From a virus (taxonomy: Duplodnaviria; Caudoviricetes), in the IMG/VR virus record IMGVR_UViG_3300014205_000002, positions 64,001 through 128,000 of that record: a DNA stretch of 64,000 nt. One strand, written 5' to 3'. The translations under genes were made by a program, and so were the position numbers. Shown piece after piece: positions 47,531 through 56,915 of the stretch (position 1 is its first letter; every line of letters begins with the position of its first letter). Under the pieces are notes generated by a model, which saw only the letters and a program-made list of their open reading frames with translations, ran no database searches and was not told the origin of the DNA.

Positions 47531-48381
47531 TGATGACCGAAACAAAACTGGCGTTCAAGCCTTTCCCCGCCGGCGTCACGACCTTCTGGCTGGAGGACGT
47601 GGCGGCCATCCGGATCAGAGTTCGGGATCAGCGCACCTACACCTACAAGGGGCGCTACGGCAACCTGGAGACGGACACGCCCTGGCGGCCCGAGGCCGCG
47701 CGCTCGTTCTTCGCGCATCTGGCCCACATCAAGGGCAAGCTCGTGAAGTGCAAGCGTGACACGACGACCAGCATCACGATCGTGCTCAAGGACGGCAGGG
47801 AGTTGCCGAACCTGGAGTTCTGGGAGCACGAACTCCAGGCATTCTGGCAGGGACAGCCTCAGCCGCCAGGCTTCGGTAGCAAGGCCGCCTGCTACAACGG
47901 CTGGCAGGTCGACTACGTGCTCATGAGCGAGGAGCGGGGCCAGATGGCGCGCCTGCGGGTGACGATGCCGCGGGAGATCCTCCAGGCGGCGATCGCCCAG
48001 GTCCCCAAGATCGCCCACTCCACGACCAGCGGCACCTACCGGCTTGCCGAGCGGCATGTGAAGTACTGGAAGCCCTCGGTGCGCGTGGAGATGCCGCCCG
48101 AGGCGCTCGCCATCTACAAGGCGAACTGGAACGTCGCCAAGGCTGGCGAGACGAACCTGCGCGAGCAGATGTGCCGGCTCGTGAATATCGCCCGCAACGG
48201 CTCGCGCAACCAACGTCAGCCTGGTCGTCTACGGCTCTACGCGGAGAGCCCGCGGAGCTTCGGCTGGTCAGCCCAGACCGGCACCGGCAAGCCGAGCATG
48301 CATGGCGGCCTGATCTTCCATGGCGATCGCGGACCTAACGACGAGCGCCTGGAGACCGGCTACTACTCGATCCACACCTGA
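47527..48381 (+). CDS. Protein with a DUF4120-like C-terminal domain
   Basis: LY..PRSFGW..GGLIFHG..YSIHT terminus. Confidence 0.6.
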   Translation: MMMTETKLAFKPFPAGVTTFWLEDVAAIRIRVRDQRTYTYKGRYGNLETDTPWRPEAARSFFAHLAHIKGKLVKCKRDTTTSITIVLKDGRELPNLEFWEHELQAFWQGQPQPPGFGSKAACYNGWQVDYVLMSEERGQMARLRVTMPREILQAAIAQVPKIAHSTTSGTYRLAERHVKYWKPSVRVEMPPEALAIYKANWNVAKAGETNLREQMCRLVNIARNGSRNQRQPGRLRLYAESPRSFGWSAQTGTGKPSMHGGLIFHGDRGPNDERLETGYYSIHT

Positions 48382-48388
48382 GGTGACC

Positions 48389-49150
48389 ATGGGAAAGTTT
48401 TTTGAAGCGGCCGTGAGCGCGTATGCGGCCACGGTGGCTCACGAGAAAGCCAAGGAGGCAGCAGAAGCCGCCTCTTTGAACCTGCTCGACAAGGTTTACC
48501 ACGAGCAGAAGCCGCGCTTCGACGAGGCGACCCGGCTGATCGAAGGCCTGGTGTCCGAGCTATCGACACAGGCTTTCATAAAATACGAGCCGCTCCACGA
48601 GACGCCGCGCGTCCCGTTGCCACCGGGAACGCCGCTATTCAACCCCCAGGCCGCCGTGAGAAACCGAAGGGAGGATCTGGCACGCCACTGGATGCTGGTG
48701 GGTGCGTCCAAAAGCGACGAGGATCGCATCTACGATCTGCGCGCCAACGCGGTGATCAGCCTGATGTGCGCGACCAACGAGCCGTCCACCGCCGAGGACG
48801 TCCCCTGGGGAGGTAGCTTCTCCCATAGCCTGTCTCTGACGACCTACTGCTTTCTCGTGCCCAGCAAAGAGAAGACAGGGTATAATTTCCCCTTGGTTGC
48901 TACAGTCGACCCGCTGACGGCCGATCTGAGTGAGATCGCCGAAGCCATGGCGGCGGGCGCGGCCATGGTTAACGCGTTCATCAGACGCTTTGAGTGGCAT
49001 CTAAATACGACCACCAGCGTCGACAGTCAGACCCTCTTCAATATGACCGCCACCGATGATGTAACGCCTCTCTATCTGGACTTCGCCGCCCAAGACTTCC
49101 GGTCGTTCCAGGTGCCGCACGCGCAGGCTGGACCGACCAACCAGACCTAG
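48389..49150 (+). CDS. Hypothetical protein, paralog family B
   Basis: DPLTADLSEIAEAMAAG. Confidence 0.65.
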   Translation: MGKFFEAAVSAYAATVAHEKAKEAAEAASLNLLDKVYHEQKPRFDEATRLIEGLVSELSTQAFIKYEPLHETPRVPLPPGTPLFNPQAAVRNRREDLARHWMLVGASKSDEDRIYDLRANAVISLMCATNEPSTAEDVPWGGSFSHSLSLTTYCFLVPSKEKTGYNFPLVATVDPLTADLSEIAEAMAAGAAMVNAFIRRFEWHLNTTTSVDSQTLFNMTATDDVTPLYLDFAAQDFRSFQVPHAQAGPTNQT

Positions 49151-49164
49151 CAGGAGAACCCGAC

Positions 49165-49905
49165 GTGAGCACGAACTATTACGACCAGCTGGCCGCGGAC
49201 AAGGCGGCGTCCGATGCGGCGATCGCGCTGGCCGCATCGAATCAAACCGCAAACGATGCGGCCTTCACGGCTGCGATCACCCGTGAGGGTCCGCTCTATA
49301 TCGCGCGACGCCTGCTCGTTAGTGCGGTGGTAGCGGACCTCCGCGACAACGCCGGCCTGGATGTGCAGTTCGGCGGGGAGCTGCCGGATCTGCTCGCGAG
49401 CACATGGGCTTTCTTGCCTCTGGCTGGTATGCACAGGGTCAATCAGCCCCATGTCGTCCGTCACGTCGACAGGGCGGAGGCCAAGGCCATAGGCGGAGGT
49501 CGGACCTTCTGGTCCATAGCCACAGCGGTTCTCGCGGTCGTTATCGACGACATCCCGGACCCCGCGCATGCGACGCTCTGGGTGGATACGGCCCGACTCT
49601 GTCTCGATGTGCGACTGGAGGTCGCGGGACATGACCCCCGCAAGAGCGAGGCCAACGAGGCATTCAGCCCAATCATGCTGCCCTTCATTCGGATGAAGCT
49701 GGAGTCGAACGTCAGCGACGCCCAGCTTCGCGAGGCGCTCGCAGCCGCCGTCAGTCTGGGGCGCATCTGGATGCAGACCGTCGTCGACGGGATCGATGAA
49801 GCCAAGCCGTTGGATGGTGAGCATCCGGCGGTACGCTTCGCGCGGGACGCATTGGCCGTGGCTTATGTCCCCTACTGCGACGCGAATCCCGGACTCCTTC
49901 TTTGA
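49165..49905 (+). CDS. Hypothetical protein, possibly family B
   Basis: AGGAG RBS; AVLAVV..QLREALAAA. Confidence 0.6.
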   Translation: MSTNYYDQLAADKAASDAAIALAASNQTANDAAFTAAITREGPLYIARRLLVSAVVADLRDNAGLDVQFGGELPDLLASTWAFLPLAGMHRVNQPHVVRHVDRAEAKAIGGGRTFWSIATAVLAVVIDDIPDPAHATLWVDTARLCLDVRLEVAGHDPRKSEANEAFSPIMLPFIRMKLESNVSDAQLREALAAAVSLGRIWMQTVVDGIDEAKPLDGEHPAVRFARDALAVAYVPYCDANPGLLL

Positions 49906-49910
49906 ATCCA

Positions 49911-50747
49911 ATGTCGAGCGAGACGCTCGCCCGGATCAAGCGATCGCGCAGACCAGGCGAACTGGTCGAGCACTACGCTTTGAGGTCGAGCTACAACGTA
50001 CCCACCCACCAGCAACAAGGAGGCATCTTCGTGTTCATCGACCGGTTTCGCGAAGCCCGCGTGCAGCGCGACGACATCGCCAAGATTCGCGGGGAGGTCG
50101 GCCTAGAGAATGCAGGCCGGGTCATCACAGCCCTGGAGCGCGTGCGGCCGGCCTACGAGGAAGCCGCCAAGATGCTCACGGCGGTGACCGGTGAGCTGCG
50201 GATCGACACCACGCTCGACTTCGCGGCCCGCAATGACGACAAGTACGTCGAGGAGAACGTCTTCGGGCTCAAGATTCTCGACAAGCGGATCAAGTCCTGG
50301 GAAATGTACACCGAGGAACACATGCTCTGGCCCAAGGGCTTCAAGGCGCATGTTTATGCGGCGGCGATCCTGGTGGTGGTCAGCGACCAGCTGATCACCC
50401 CGCTCGACACCGAGCCGTGGAAGGACGACGCGCGCGTGGTGCTCGGCATCTACGGCGGCTTCGGCACGGATCTCCCGCTCAACGAGCCCGGCTTCAAGTT
50501 TCGCGTCGTCGAGCCGTGCGATCCCATGACGCTGCGGCCGTCGCTGATCGCCGAGGCGCTCGCGGGCGCGATGGCGGTGACCGAAGACGCGCTCGCCGCC
50601 ACCGTGAATTACGCCAGATGGGGCGATGGCCCCACGCCCACCTTCGCCGACGACGGCGGCACCCACCCCATCATCTCGGCCGCCCGCCAGGCGTCGGCCG
50701 AGACGTTCAAAGCCGTCACCCATTACCTCCAGAACCCAACCCCCTAG
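49911..50747 (+). CDS. Hypothetical protein, paralog family B
   Basis: DPMTLRPSLIAEALAGA. Confidence 0.65.
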   Translation: MSSETLARIKRSRRPGELVEHYALRSSYNVPTHQQQGGIFVFIDRFREARVQRDDIAKIRGEVGLENAGRVITALERVRPAYEEAAKMLTAVTGELRIDTTLDFAARNDDKYVEENVFGLKILDKRIKSWEMYTEEHMLWPKGFKAHVYAAAILVVVSDQLITPLDTEPWKDDARVVLGIYGGFGTDLPLNEPGFKFRVVEPCDPMTLRPSLIAEALAGAMAVTEDALAATVNYARWGDGPTPTFADDGGTHPIISAARQASAETFKAVTHYLQNPTP

Positions 50748-50757
50748 CGAGGCCCCC

Positions 50758-51186
50758 ATGCACTCTTACTTTCAGAACTTCCCGTTCAGCCTCCTGGCGC
50801 TGTTTAGTCAGTTGACACCGCCTGCTGAGTCCCCGTTCGTTGAGCCCGTCACAGAGGAGCCTGACCCTGGTACGTCGAACGGCGTGAGTCTGGGGTTGTT
50901 GGTCGACCCCGAGATCTTCAAGGCCAAGCAGGCCATGGTGTTAATGGCAGAGCTCGACACAATTTCAGCTGAGATGAACAAGGCGATGGAACCCTTTCAA
51001 CGTCGCCTGATGGTCGCGAGCATGCAGCGGCAGACCGCCAGTATCGAGCTTGCGGCGATGCTGCATGAGCGACTGGGTATCCCGATGGCGATGCCCGCGT
51101 TTATCAGTCCCGATCAGGAGGTGGTACTGATCAGGGCCGGAGCGGAGGCGGCGGGACTCAAAGGCAAGCCCTATGACCTCTGCTGA
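50758..51186 (+). CDS. Hypothetical protein
   Basis: GAGG RBS. Confidence 0.55.
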   Translation: MHSYFQNFPFSLLALFSQLTPPAESPFVEPVTEEPDPGTSNGVSLGLLVDPEIFKAKQAMVLMAELDTISAEMNKAMEPFQRRLMVASMQRQTASIELAAMLHERLGIPMAMPAFISPDQEVVLIRAGAEAAGLKGKPYDLC

Positions 51187-51688
51187 TTCCCAGCCCTCAC
51201 CCTGGGAGGTGGTCGGGGTCACTGAGTACCACTTTACGACCCAGGGTCGATCCCTGCGCGAGCTGATGAATAACTTGCGCGACGGCACGATCGACGCGAG
51301 CCCGCCCTACCAGCGCGGGCTGGTCTGGGACGAACCCCGCCAGGTGGCCCTGATCGACTCACTCTGGCGCGGGCTCGGCATGCCCGGCCTGTACTTCCGG
51401 CAGTTCAAGAACTCCAGCCCGAGCGGGGCCCACTGGGAGGTGCTCGACGGCCAGCAGCGCCTGCATGCGATCCGGTGCTACGTTGACGGCGGGTTCGCGT
51501 TCAACGGCAAGCTGTTCACCGATCTGCCGGTGTACGTCCAGCGGGTCTTCCTGTTCATGGCTGCGACGGTTAGCATCGCCAAGGATCTCACCGACGAGGA
51601 CGCGCTCGTCATCTACGACCGGATCAACTTCTGCGGGGTGCCGCACACGGCGGCCGAGCGCAAACCGATTGAAAGGAGCACACCGTAA
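51173..51688 (+). CDS. Stand-alone DUF262 (ParB/Srx fold, GmrS-like) protein, copy 1
   Basis: PPYQRGLVW..LIDSL..VLDGQQRL..YDRIN. Confidence 0.9.
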   Translation: MTSADSQPSPWEVVGVTEYHFTTQGRSLRELMNNLRDGTIDASPPYQRGLVWDEPRQVALIDSLWRGLGMPGLYFRQFKNSSPSGAHWEVLDGQQRLHAIRCYVDGGFAFNGKLFTDLPVYVQRVFLFMAATVSIAKDLTDEDALVIYDRINFCGVPHTAAERKPIERSTP

Positions 51689-52005
51689 TGGGACACAACC
51701 ACATCCAGCGCGCTGACCTCAAGGACTTCACGGCGAAGATGGAAGGCCAGATGCGCCTTAACCACCACAAGGAAGTCGACAAGGACACGAAACTCCTCGA
51801 CCCCTTTCTCTACGCCAAGGACAACCCCCTGGATCTGATCGCCCAGGCCCAGAAGCATCTGGATCGACTCAAGGCCAGCGTGATCGGAAGGTCCGAGCCC
51901 GACGAGGTCTTCCGGAACGCCGCCGACGGCGCGAACTTCCTGATGATGGCCTCAAACGGCTACTACCTGCGGGCGGTAGATCCGGACCTCGTGAGCAAGC
52001 CGTAG
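51688..52005 (+). CDS. Hypothetical protein
   Basis: GAAAGGAG RBS; AADGANFLMM is MazG-like. Confidence 0.6.
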   Translation: MGHNHIQRADLKDFTAKMEGQMRLNHHKEVDKDTKLLDPFLYAKDNPLDLIAQAQKHLDRLKASVIGRSEPDEVFRNAADGANFLMMASNGYYLRAVDPDLVSKP

Positions 52006-52007
52006 CC

Positions 52008-52616
52008 ATGCGCGATCGCGACATCCGCCCGGCCCTGCTGGAAGCTCTGCGATCCGCGTGCCAGGGTGCACTCGTCATCGAGGAGTTGGACATCCTGCGG
52101 GTCAACCGGGTGGATGTCGCGGTGATCGACGACCAGCTCCACGGCTACGAGATCAAGGCCGACAATGACACGCTCGGCCGTCTAAAAGATCAGGTCGAGG
52201 CCTATGGGCTCGTCTTTCAGCGTATGACGCTGGTGTCGGGCCCGAAGCACCTCGTGAAGGCGGCGAAGCTGATTCCTGACTGGTGGGGGGTGATCAGGGC
52301 CGAGTCGGACGGGCACGCCATGCGGCTGAATTGCCTGAGGCCAGGTGAACCCAATCCCGCTGTCGACGGCACCTACCTCGCGGGCCTGCTGTGGCGTAAA
52401 GAGCTCACCGAGGGGCTGGTGGCCCGTGGGGTCACGCGCGGGCTCTCCAATGTGAACCTCAAGCTCGCGGCCATGCTCGCCCAGCGCTGTGAGCCCACGG
52501 AGCTGGTGACCTACGTCGCGGGTAGGCTGCGGGCCCGCGGAGACTGGCGGACCAACGGTGTCGGCCGCATGCAGAGTAAGAAAAAGGAGCCGATTCGTGG
52601 CCCTTGGTCCAGTTGA
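52008..52616 (+). CDS. sce7726-family PD-(D/E)xK-like protein
   Basis: IEEL..RVDVAVI..LHGYEIKADNDTLGRL..Q..Y..IPDWWGVI. Confidence 0.8.
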   Translation: MRDRDIRPALLEALRSACQGALVIEELDILRVNRVDVAVIDDQLHGYEIKADNDTLGRLKDQVEAYGLVFQRMTLVSGPKHLVKAAKLIPDWWGVIRAESDGHAMRLNCLRPGEPNPAVDGTYLAGLLWRKELTEGLVARGVTRGLSNVNLKLAAMLAQRCEPTELVTYVAGRLRARGDWRTNGVGRMQSKKKEPIRGPWSS

Positions 52617-53331
52617 ACGCTACATGCCGCCAGACAGCCTGGAACTGCGTGAACGGAAATGCCGCTATGTCTGGGCCGTCGAGGAGGCGCGCCGCGCCAA
52701 TGTGAGATTGGAGGCCAGCCCTCAGCGACAGCTTCTCCAAGGCCTGTTGGCCGACGACGCCTGGGAGGCGATCGGACTCTCCGGAGGCGATGTGTTCAAG
52801 CTCTGCTACACCATCCGCCCCGATCCCAAGAGCCGGCCCCAGGAGTTCGACCTGACGGTGCGCTACCCGCCCAATACCATGTTCAGTATCCACTGGGAGA
52901 CCGACGGCGGCGACTTGGATGCGTTATCCCATTTCAGCGGCCATGCCGCTTGGCCCACGCCTGACGAGGCTGCCTTCGCGAGGGGTCTGGCGGAGAAGAC
53001 TTATGGAGCTGGTCGCATTGTTCGCGGGACGCTCGGCGGCCGTTCGGCCTGGGTGACCAGCGGCTTCTTTGGTTACATCGAGGCCGTCTACGATCCGCCC
53101 TCGTTCGGGGCATGCAGCCGGTCTTTTTCGCGGCATTTCAAGGACGTCCACCCGCTCGACGTGAGATTCTGGCAGCGCTATCTGCGCTCGCGCGCACTCG
53201 ACACCCAGATCGGAATAGGGCTGCTTCCCAGCGGAGCCAGTAAAGGGATGGAGGGCTATGTCCCGCTTCCGGACCCACTTAACCCAGGTCGCCCGAGCGG
53301 GCGCTTCGATCCGCCCTTTCTCATGCATTGA
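52597..53331 (+). CDS. Hypothetical protein
   Basis: AAAGGAG RBS, GTG start. Confidence 0.55.
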   Translation: MALGPVERYMPPDSLELRERKCRYVWAVEEARRANVRLEASPQRQLLQGLLADDAWEAIGLSGGDVFKLCYTIRPDPKSRPQEFDLTVRYPPNTMFSIHWETDGGDLDALSHFSGHAAWPTPDEAAFARGLAEKTYGAGRIVRGTLGGRSAWVTSGFFGYIEAVYDPPSFGACSRSFSRHFKDVHPLDVRFWQRYLRSRALDTQIGIGLLPSGASKGMEGYVPLPDPLNPGRPSGRFDPPFLMH

Positions 53332-53550
53332 GGCCCGCCATGAGTGGCGCGGCTATCGTTGAAAACAGGGGGCTTCGGATGGAGAGCACTGACCCAGACG
53401 CCTTCGTGCAACTCGTGACCGACGTCTTCGTCGGTCAGGTGCGACCTGCCTACGTCGAGGCCACCAACGCACCACACCGCCCGCAGGTCAAGCCAGATGC
53501 GGGTAGGAAGGTATAACGGAATCTGAGAGGAAACCAGAAGGGATCCCACT

Positions 53551-54006
53551 ATGAGCGAACCCATGAGCCGGGCCGAGAAGGCCCAGCACGACCTCAAGAC
53601 CGCGGAGATGGTCTTGGAAAACCTACGCGTGCAGCTGCGCGCGGCGATCGCCACCGGCGAGTTCTACTACATCCTGGAGACCCAGACCCACAACGGCAAG
53701 TTTCCCTGGCAGCGCATCTTCAACTTCGCCGTGATCGTCGAGGGCAAGTTGGAGTGGGTGGTGCCGGATCCGACGCCGCACCCGAGCCGGGGCGTCGAAG
53801 CGCCTGAGGGTTGGCGGCATCTGCCCGACGATTATGACAAGGCCTACAAGCAGCTCAACTACAGCAAGGGTCCCGGCTTCCGCATGGATGGCGGCTCACT
53901 GACGGAAGTCTGGTACTGGGTCGTCGAGATGGCGAAGTTGCCGCCCGACGAGGAGAAGCTCGCGAAGAAGCTCAAGGACGTGCGCATGCGCCGGATGGGC
54001 GGATGA
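53551..54006 (+). CDS. Hypothetical protein
   Basis: GAAGGGA RBS; TATAAC upstream at 53512. Confidence 0.65.
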   Translation: MSEPMSRAEKAQHDLKTAEMVLENLRVQLRAAIATGEFYYILETQTHNGKFPWQRIFNFAVIVEGKLEWVVPDPTPHPSRGVEAPEGWRHLPDDYDKAYKQLNYSKGPGFRMDGGSLTEVWYWVVEMAKLPPDEEKLAKKLKDVRMRRMGG

Positions 54007-54494
54007 AGACGATCGGCTACTTCATCGGCGGCGAGGAGCACTGCAAGGACTGCGCCGAGGATGGCACTGAGATAGCTTGCTCTGTCTGCGAAAAGCCGGG
54101 AACACTTGGTATGGGCTGGCACAGCGAAGAAGCCTGCCGTCGGCGCTGCGAAAAGAACGGTCTACCCTGGCCGGGTCACCCAGGTTACTTCGAGGACGAG
54201 GAGACCGTGCGCATCGGCTCGCTCAGCGAGCATGAGCGCGACCTCGTTTGCACCATCTGCTGCGAGGTCTTTTACGAGTGTCCGATTTTCAAGATGCGGG
54301 TCACGCGGGTAACCGACGGCGACGATGACGAAACCGAGACCATCTACGGAACGCCGGACGCGCGACGCATTCCCAGCGAGATGGAGAGCCTTTACAAAGA
54401 AGCGATGCAGGCAGACAGGACCAAGCGCGACCCGGTGGTCTTCGACGAGGATGAAGGCGTCCGGATTCGGATCGAGGTGAACTTTGAGCGATGA
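54003..54494 (+). CDS. Cys-rich hypothetical protein
   Basis: Several CxxC motifs; ATGA overlap. Confidence 0.6.
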   Translation: MKTIGYFIGGEEHCKDCAEDGTEIACSVCEKPGTLGMGWHSEEACRRRCEKNGLPWPGHPGYFEDEETVRIGSLSEHERDLVCTICCEVFYECPIFKMRVTRVTDGDDDETETIYGTPDARRIPSEMESLYKEAMQADRTKRDPVVFDEDEGVRIRIEVNFER

Positions 54495-55191
54495 AGTGAA
54501 ACAAGTCACGGTGATGATTCAGGGGACACGTACGGACGTCTCCAACTGGGGCTCGCTGGAGTCCGGCTGCTACGCCGTGGTACGAGGAGCCGAGACCATC
54601 TACCGTGGTGTCGTGCTGCGGACGGCCCTGAGTGAAGCGCGCAGGCTCGCTGATCAGTTGAAGACCATGGTCCAGATTCTGCCGGGCCGCTTCGAGGCTC
54701 CACCCCATGCCGAGCTGAGCATCGCGACCCCAGGAAACAAGGCGTTGCTCCTGCACCCGAGCAGCGACCAGATGGATCGGCTGATCAACGGAACGACGCT
54801 GCCGTTCGAGCCCTTGCGGGTGGTCCTGAACTCGGCCAAGGGGGTGCTTTGGAATCATCCTATCGGCACTGTGACCGACGAACACTCGATTGGCTACTGC
54901 GCACAGCTGCCTGATCCGGAGAACGCCGGTTTCGGCAAAGTGCTCGTGTCGGGCGCGGACGGCAAGCTCTATGAGCTCAGGCTCCAGTACCGACTGGAGG
55001 CGACGACGCTCGCCGAGCAGAGTCTTGACGGCCGGGTCTGCGGGGTCTGTGGCGAGATGTTCATCTATGAGAGCGTTGGCGCGCTCACGGCCGGCAGCGA
55101 GGCTCGGAGCGCTCACCTGGTCGGACACGCCGACGGCGTCGCCAACCTCGGGCCGGACGAGCACGCGGAATTCATGACGGTGATCCCGTGA
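54484..55191 (+). CDS. Hypothetical protein
   Basis: GAGG RBS, TTG start. Confidence 0.6.
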   Translation: MSDEVKQVTVMIQGTRTDVSNWGSLESGCYAVVRGAETIYRGVVLRTALSEARRLADQLKTMVQILPGRFEAPPHAELSIATPGNKALLLHPSSDQMDRLINGTTLPFEPLRVVLNSAKGVLWNHPIGTVTDEHSIGYCAQLPDPENAGFGKVLVSGADGKLYELRLQYRLEATTLAEQSLDGRVCGVCGEMFIYESVGALTAGSEARSAHLVGHADGVANLGPDEHAEFMTVIP

Positions 55192-55682
55192 TGAATCCGA
55201 ACTCGGTCTTCCGCAAGCGCATCTGCTCGGGGGCTTTCAATAGCCATCTGTGGGCGGTCTGCGATCTGGTCAAGATGGGCGAGCTGGACTTGAGTCCGCC
55301 CTACCAGCGCGGGCTGGTCTGGACCATCCAGCAAAAACAGGATCTGATCGACACGCTCACGCAGGGGCTGAACATGCCGGCGCTGTACGTTCGCGAGCGC
55401 GACGCGCTGCACCCAGGGCCGTGGATGGAAATGGTCGACGGCAAGCAGCGCCTCTCGACGATCATTGCGTTCATGGCCGACGAATTCAGCTTCCGCGATC
55501 GGCTGTTTAGCGAGTGGTCTGAGACGGATCGCGCGGTGTTCCGCCATCTATTCATCAGCGTCGTCCAGCTGATCGACGCCACCGACGAGGACATCGCCCT
55601 CGTCTACAACCGCATCAACTTCAACGGCACCCCCCATCTGCCACAGGAGGACAAGAGCCTTGACGAAAACCACCAAGCGTAA
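55188..55682 (+). CDS. Stand-alone DUF262 protein, copy 2
   Basis: PPYQRGLVW..LIDTL..MVDGKQRL..YNRIN. Confidence 0.9.
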   Translation: MMNPNSVFRKRICSGAFNSHLWAVCDLVKMGELDLSPPYQRGLVWTIQQKQDLIDTLTQGLNMPALYVRERDALHPGPWMEMVDGKQRLSTIIAFMADEFSFRDRLFSEWSETDRAVFRHLFISVVQLIDATDEDIALVYNRINFNGTPHLPQEDKSLDENHQA

Positions 55683-56202
55683 CGGCCAGGAGCCAGCACT
55701 CGACGCGGGCGAGCTCGTTCTCAGCTCCCACCAGGCCGGCCAGCTGGCCTTTGCTCGCGACCAGCTGTTCGCGTACCTCGCACGCGGCGGAGACATCCCC
55801 ACGGACATCCAGCAGGCCATTCACATTATCGGCGGCGTGCTCGGCCGGCCACCTGAACCCGCGCTCCTGTGCGTCACGAACGAGCGCGGCATCGCGTTCA
55901 ACGTGCGCATCATTCAGCGTGGCGACAAGTTCGGGCTCAACAACAAGCTCACCTATGACGAGGACGAGCCCCAGATTGAGTTCTACGATACTCGCTACCC
56001 CCACACCGAGTACGGACAGTTCGTATCCCGTTACTACGTAAAGACGCTCCTGGGTGAGGACATATGGGGCCAGGTGGCCGAGGGTCACGGACTCTGTCTC
56101 CATGGCGGCGTCGAGGATTGGGCGATCAGCGCGGATAATCTGACGGCTACCCGTTCCTGGGTGCGCCGGCGGCTCGGGCGAGAAGTCGCCCCCGCTACGT
56201 GA
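55660..56202 (+). CDS. Hypothetical protein
   Basis: AGGAGG RBS; EFYD..GQFVSRYYVKTLL motif. Confidence 0.65.
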   Translation: MTKTTKRNGQEPALDAGELVLSSHQAGQLAFARDQLFAYLARGGDIPTDIQQAIHIIGGVLGRPPEPALLCVTNERGIAFNVRIIQRGDKFGLNNKLTYDEDEPQIEFYDTRYPHTEYGQFVSRYYVKTLLGEDIWGQVAEGHGLCLHGGVEDWAISADNLTATRSWVRRRLGREVAPAT

Positions 56203-56915
56203 CCTATGAGAGCGTGTGGCACGGGCTCGTCGAGCCCGAGACGGAGTTGCCGACCTGTCAGTGGTGTGGGGCCGAGCATCCCGCGCTCTGCGACATCTGC
56301 TTGGTCTGCGACTCTGGAAACACCGTGTGCATGCTCAGCCAGGAGGACTGCGAGGCCTACTTCGTCCCGCGGATGGCCTATGAGGATCCTGAGGCCTACC
56401 TCAAGCTCATTTGGAATGACGTCGTCGCCGCCGTCGAGGCCGCCCAACCGGAAGAAAAGCTCCGGCTGGGCCTGCGCATGATCACGCAGAAGGATGCCTT
56501 CGACTTCGTCACCCTGATCCACCGCCACCATGAGAAGCCTCAGGGCTGGAAGTTTGGCATCGGCGTCGAGGATCAGCACGGCCAGCTCCGCGGGGTCGTC
56601 GTCGTTGGCCGACCGGTGGCGTGCGGCAATCAAGACGGCAAGACCCTGGAGGTCACGCGGCTGTGTACCGACGGCGCGCGCAATGCCTGCTCAAAACTGT
56701 ATGCTGCGGCCTGGCAGGCGGCCAGGGCGATGGGCTGCAAGCGCATGCTCACCTACATCCTCGACAGCGAGGACGGCACGACGCTCAAGGCCTCGGGCTG
56801 GAAGAGGATGCACACCACAGCTGGCGGCAGCTGGGATCGGCGCGGGCGTCCGCGCAAAGACAAGCACCCCACAGGGCCGAAGACGCTCTGGCAAGTGGAG
56901 GTTTCCCCATGTTGA
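56199..56915 (+). CDS. XF1762/Mom-like GNAT-fold protein with N-terminal zinc ribbon
   Basis: HRHH..GRPVA..LEVTRLCTDG..NACSKLY..TYILDSEDGTTLKASGW. Confidence 0.75.
   Translation: MTYESVWHGLVEPETELPTCQWCGAEHPALCDICLVCDSGNTVCMLSQEDCEAYFVPRMAYEDPEAYLKLIWNDVVAAVEAAQPEEKLRLGLRMITQKDAFDFVTLIHRHHEKPQGWKFGIGVEDQHGQLRGVVVVGRPVACGNQDGKTLEVTRLCTDGARNACSKLYAAAWQAARAMGCKRMLTYILDSEDGTTLKASGWKRMHTTAGGSWDRRGRPRKDKHPTGPKTLWQVEVSPC

Noticed and set aside
51649-51680. ATTGAAAGGAG at 51668 and similar strings at 22475, 35310, 45341 and 57681
   Set aside because: They match only the RBS end and have no left arm, so they were not counted as sites.
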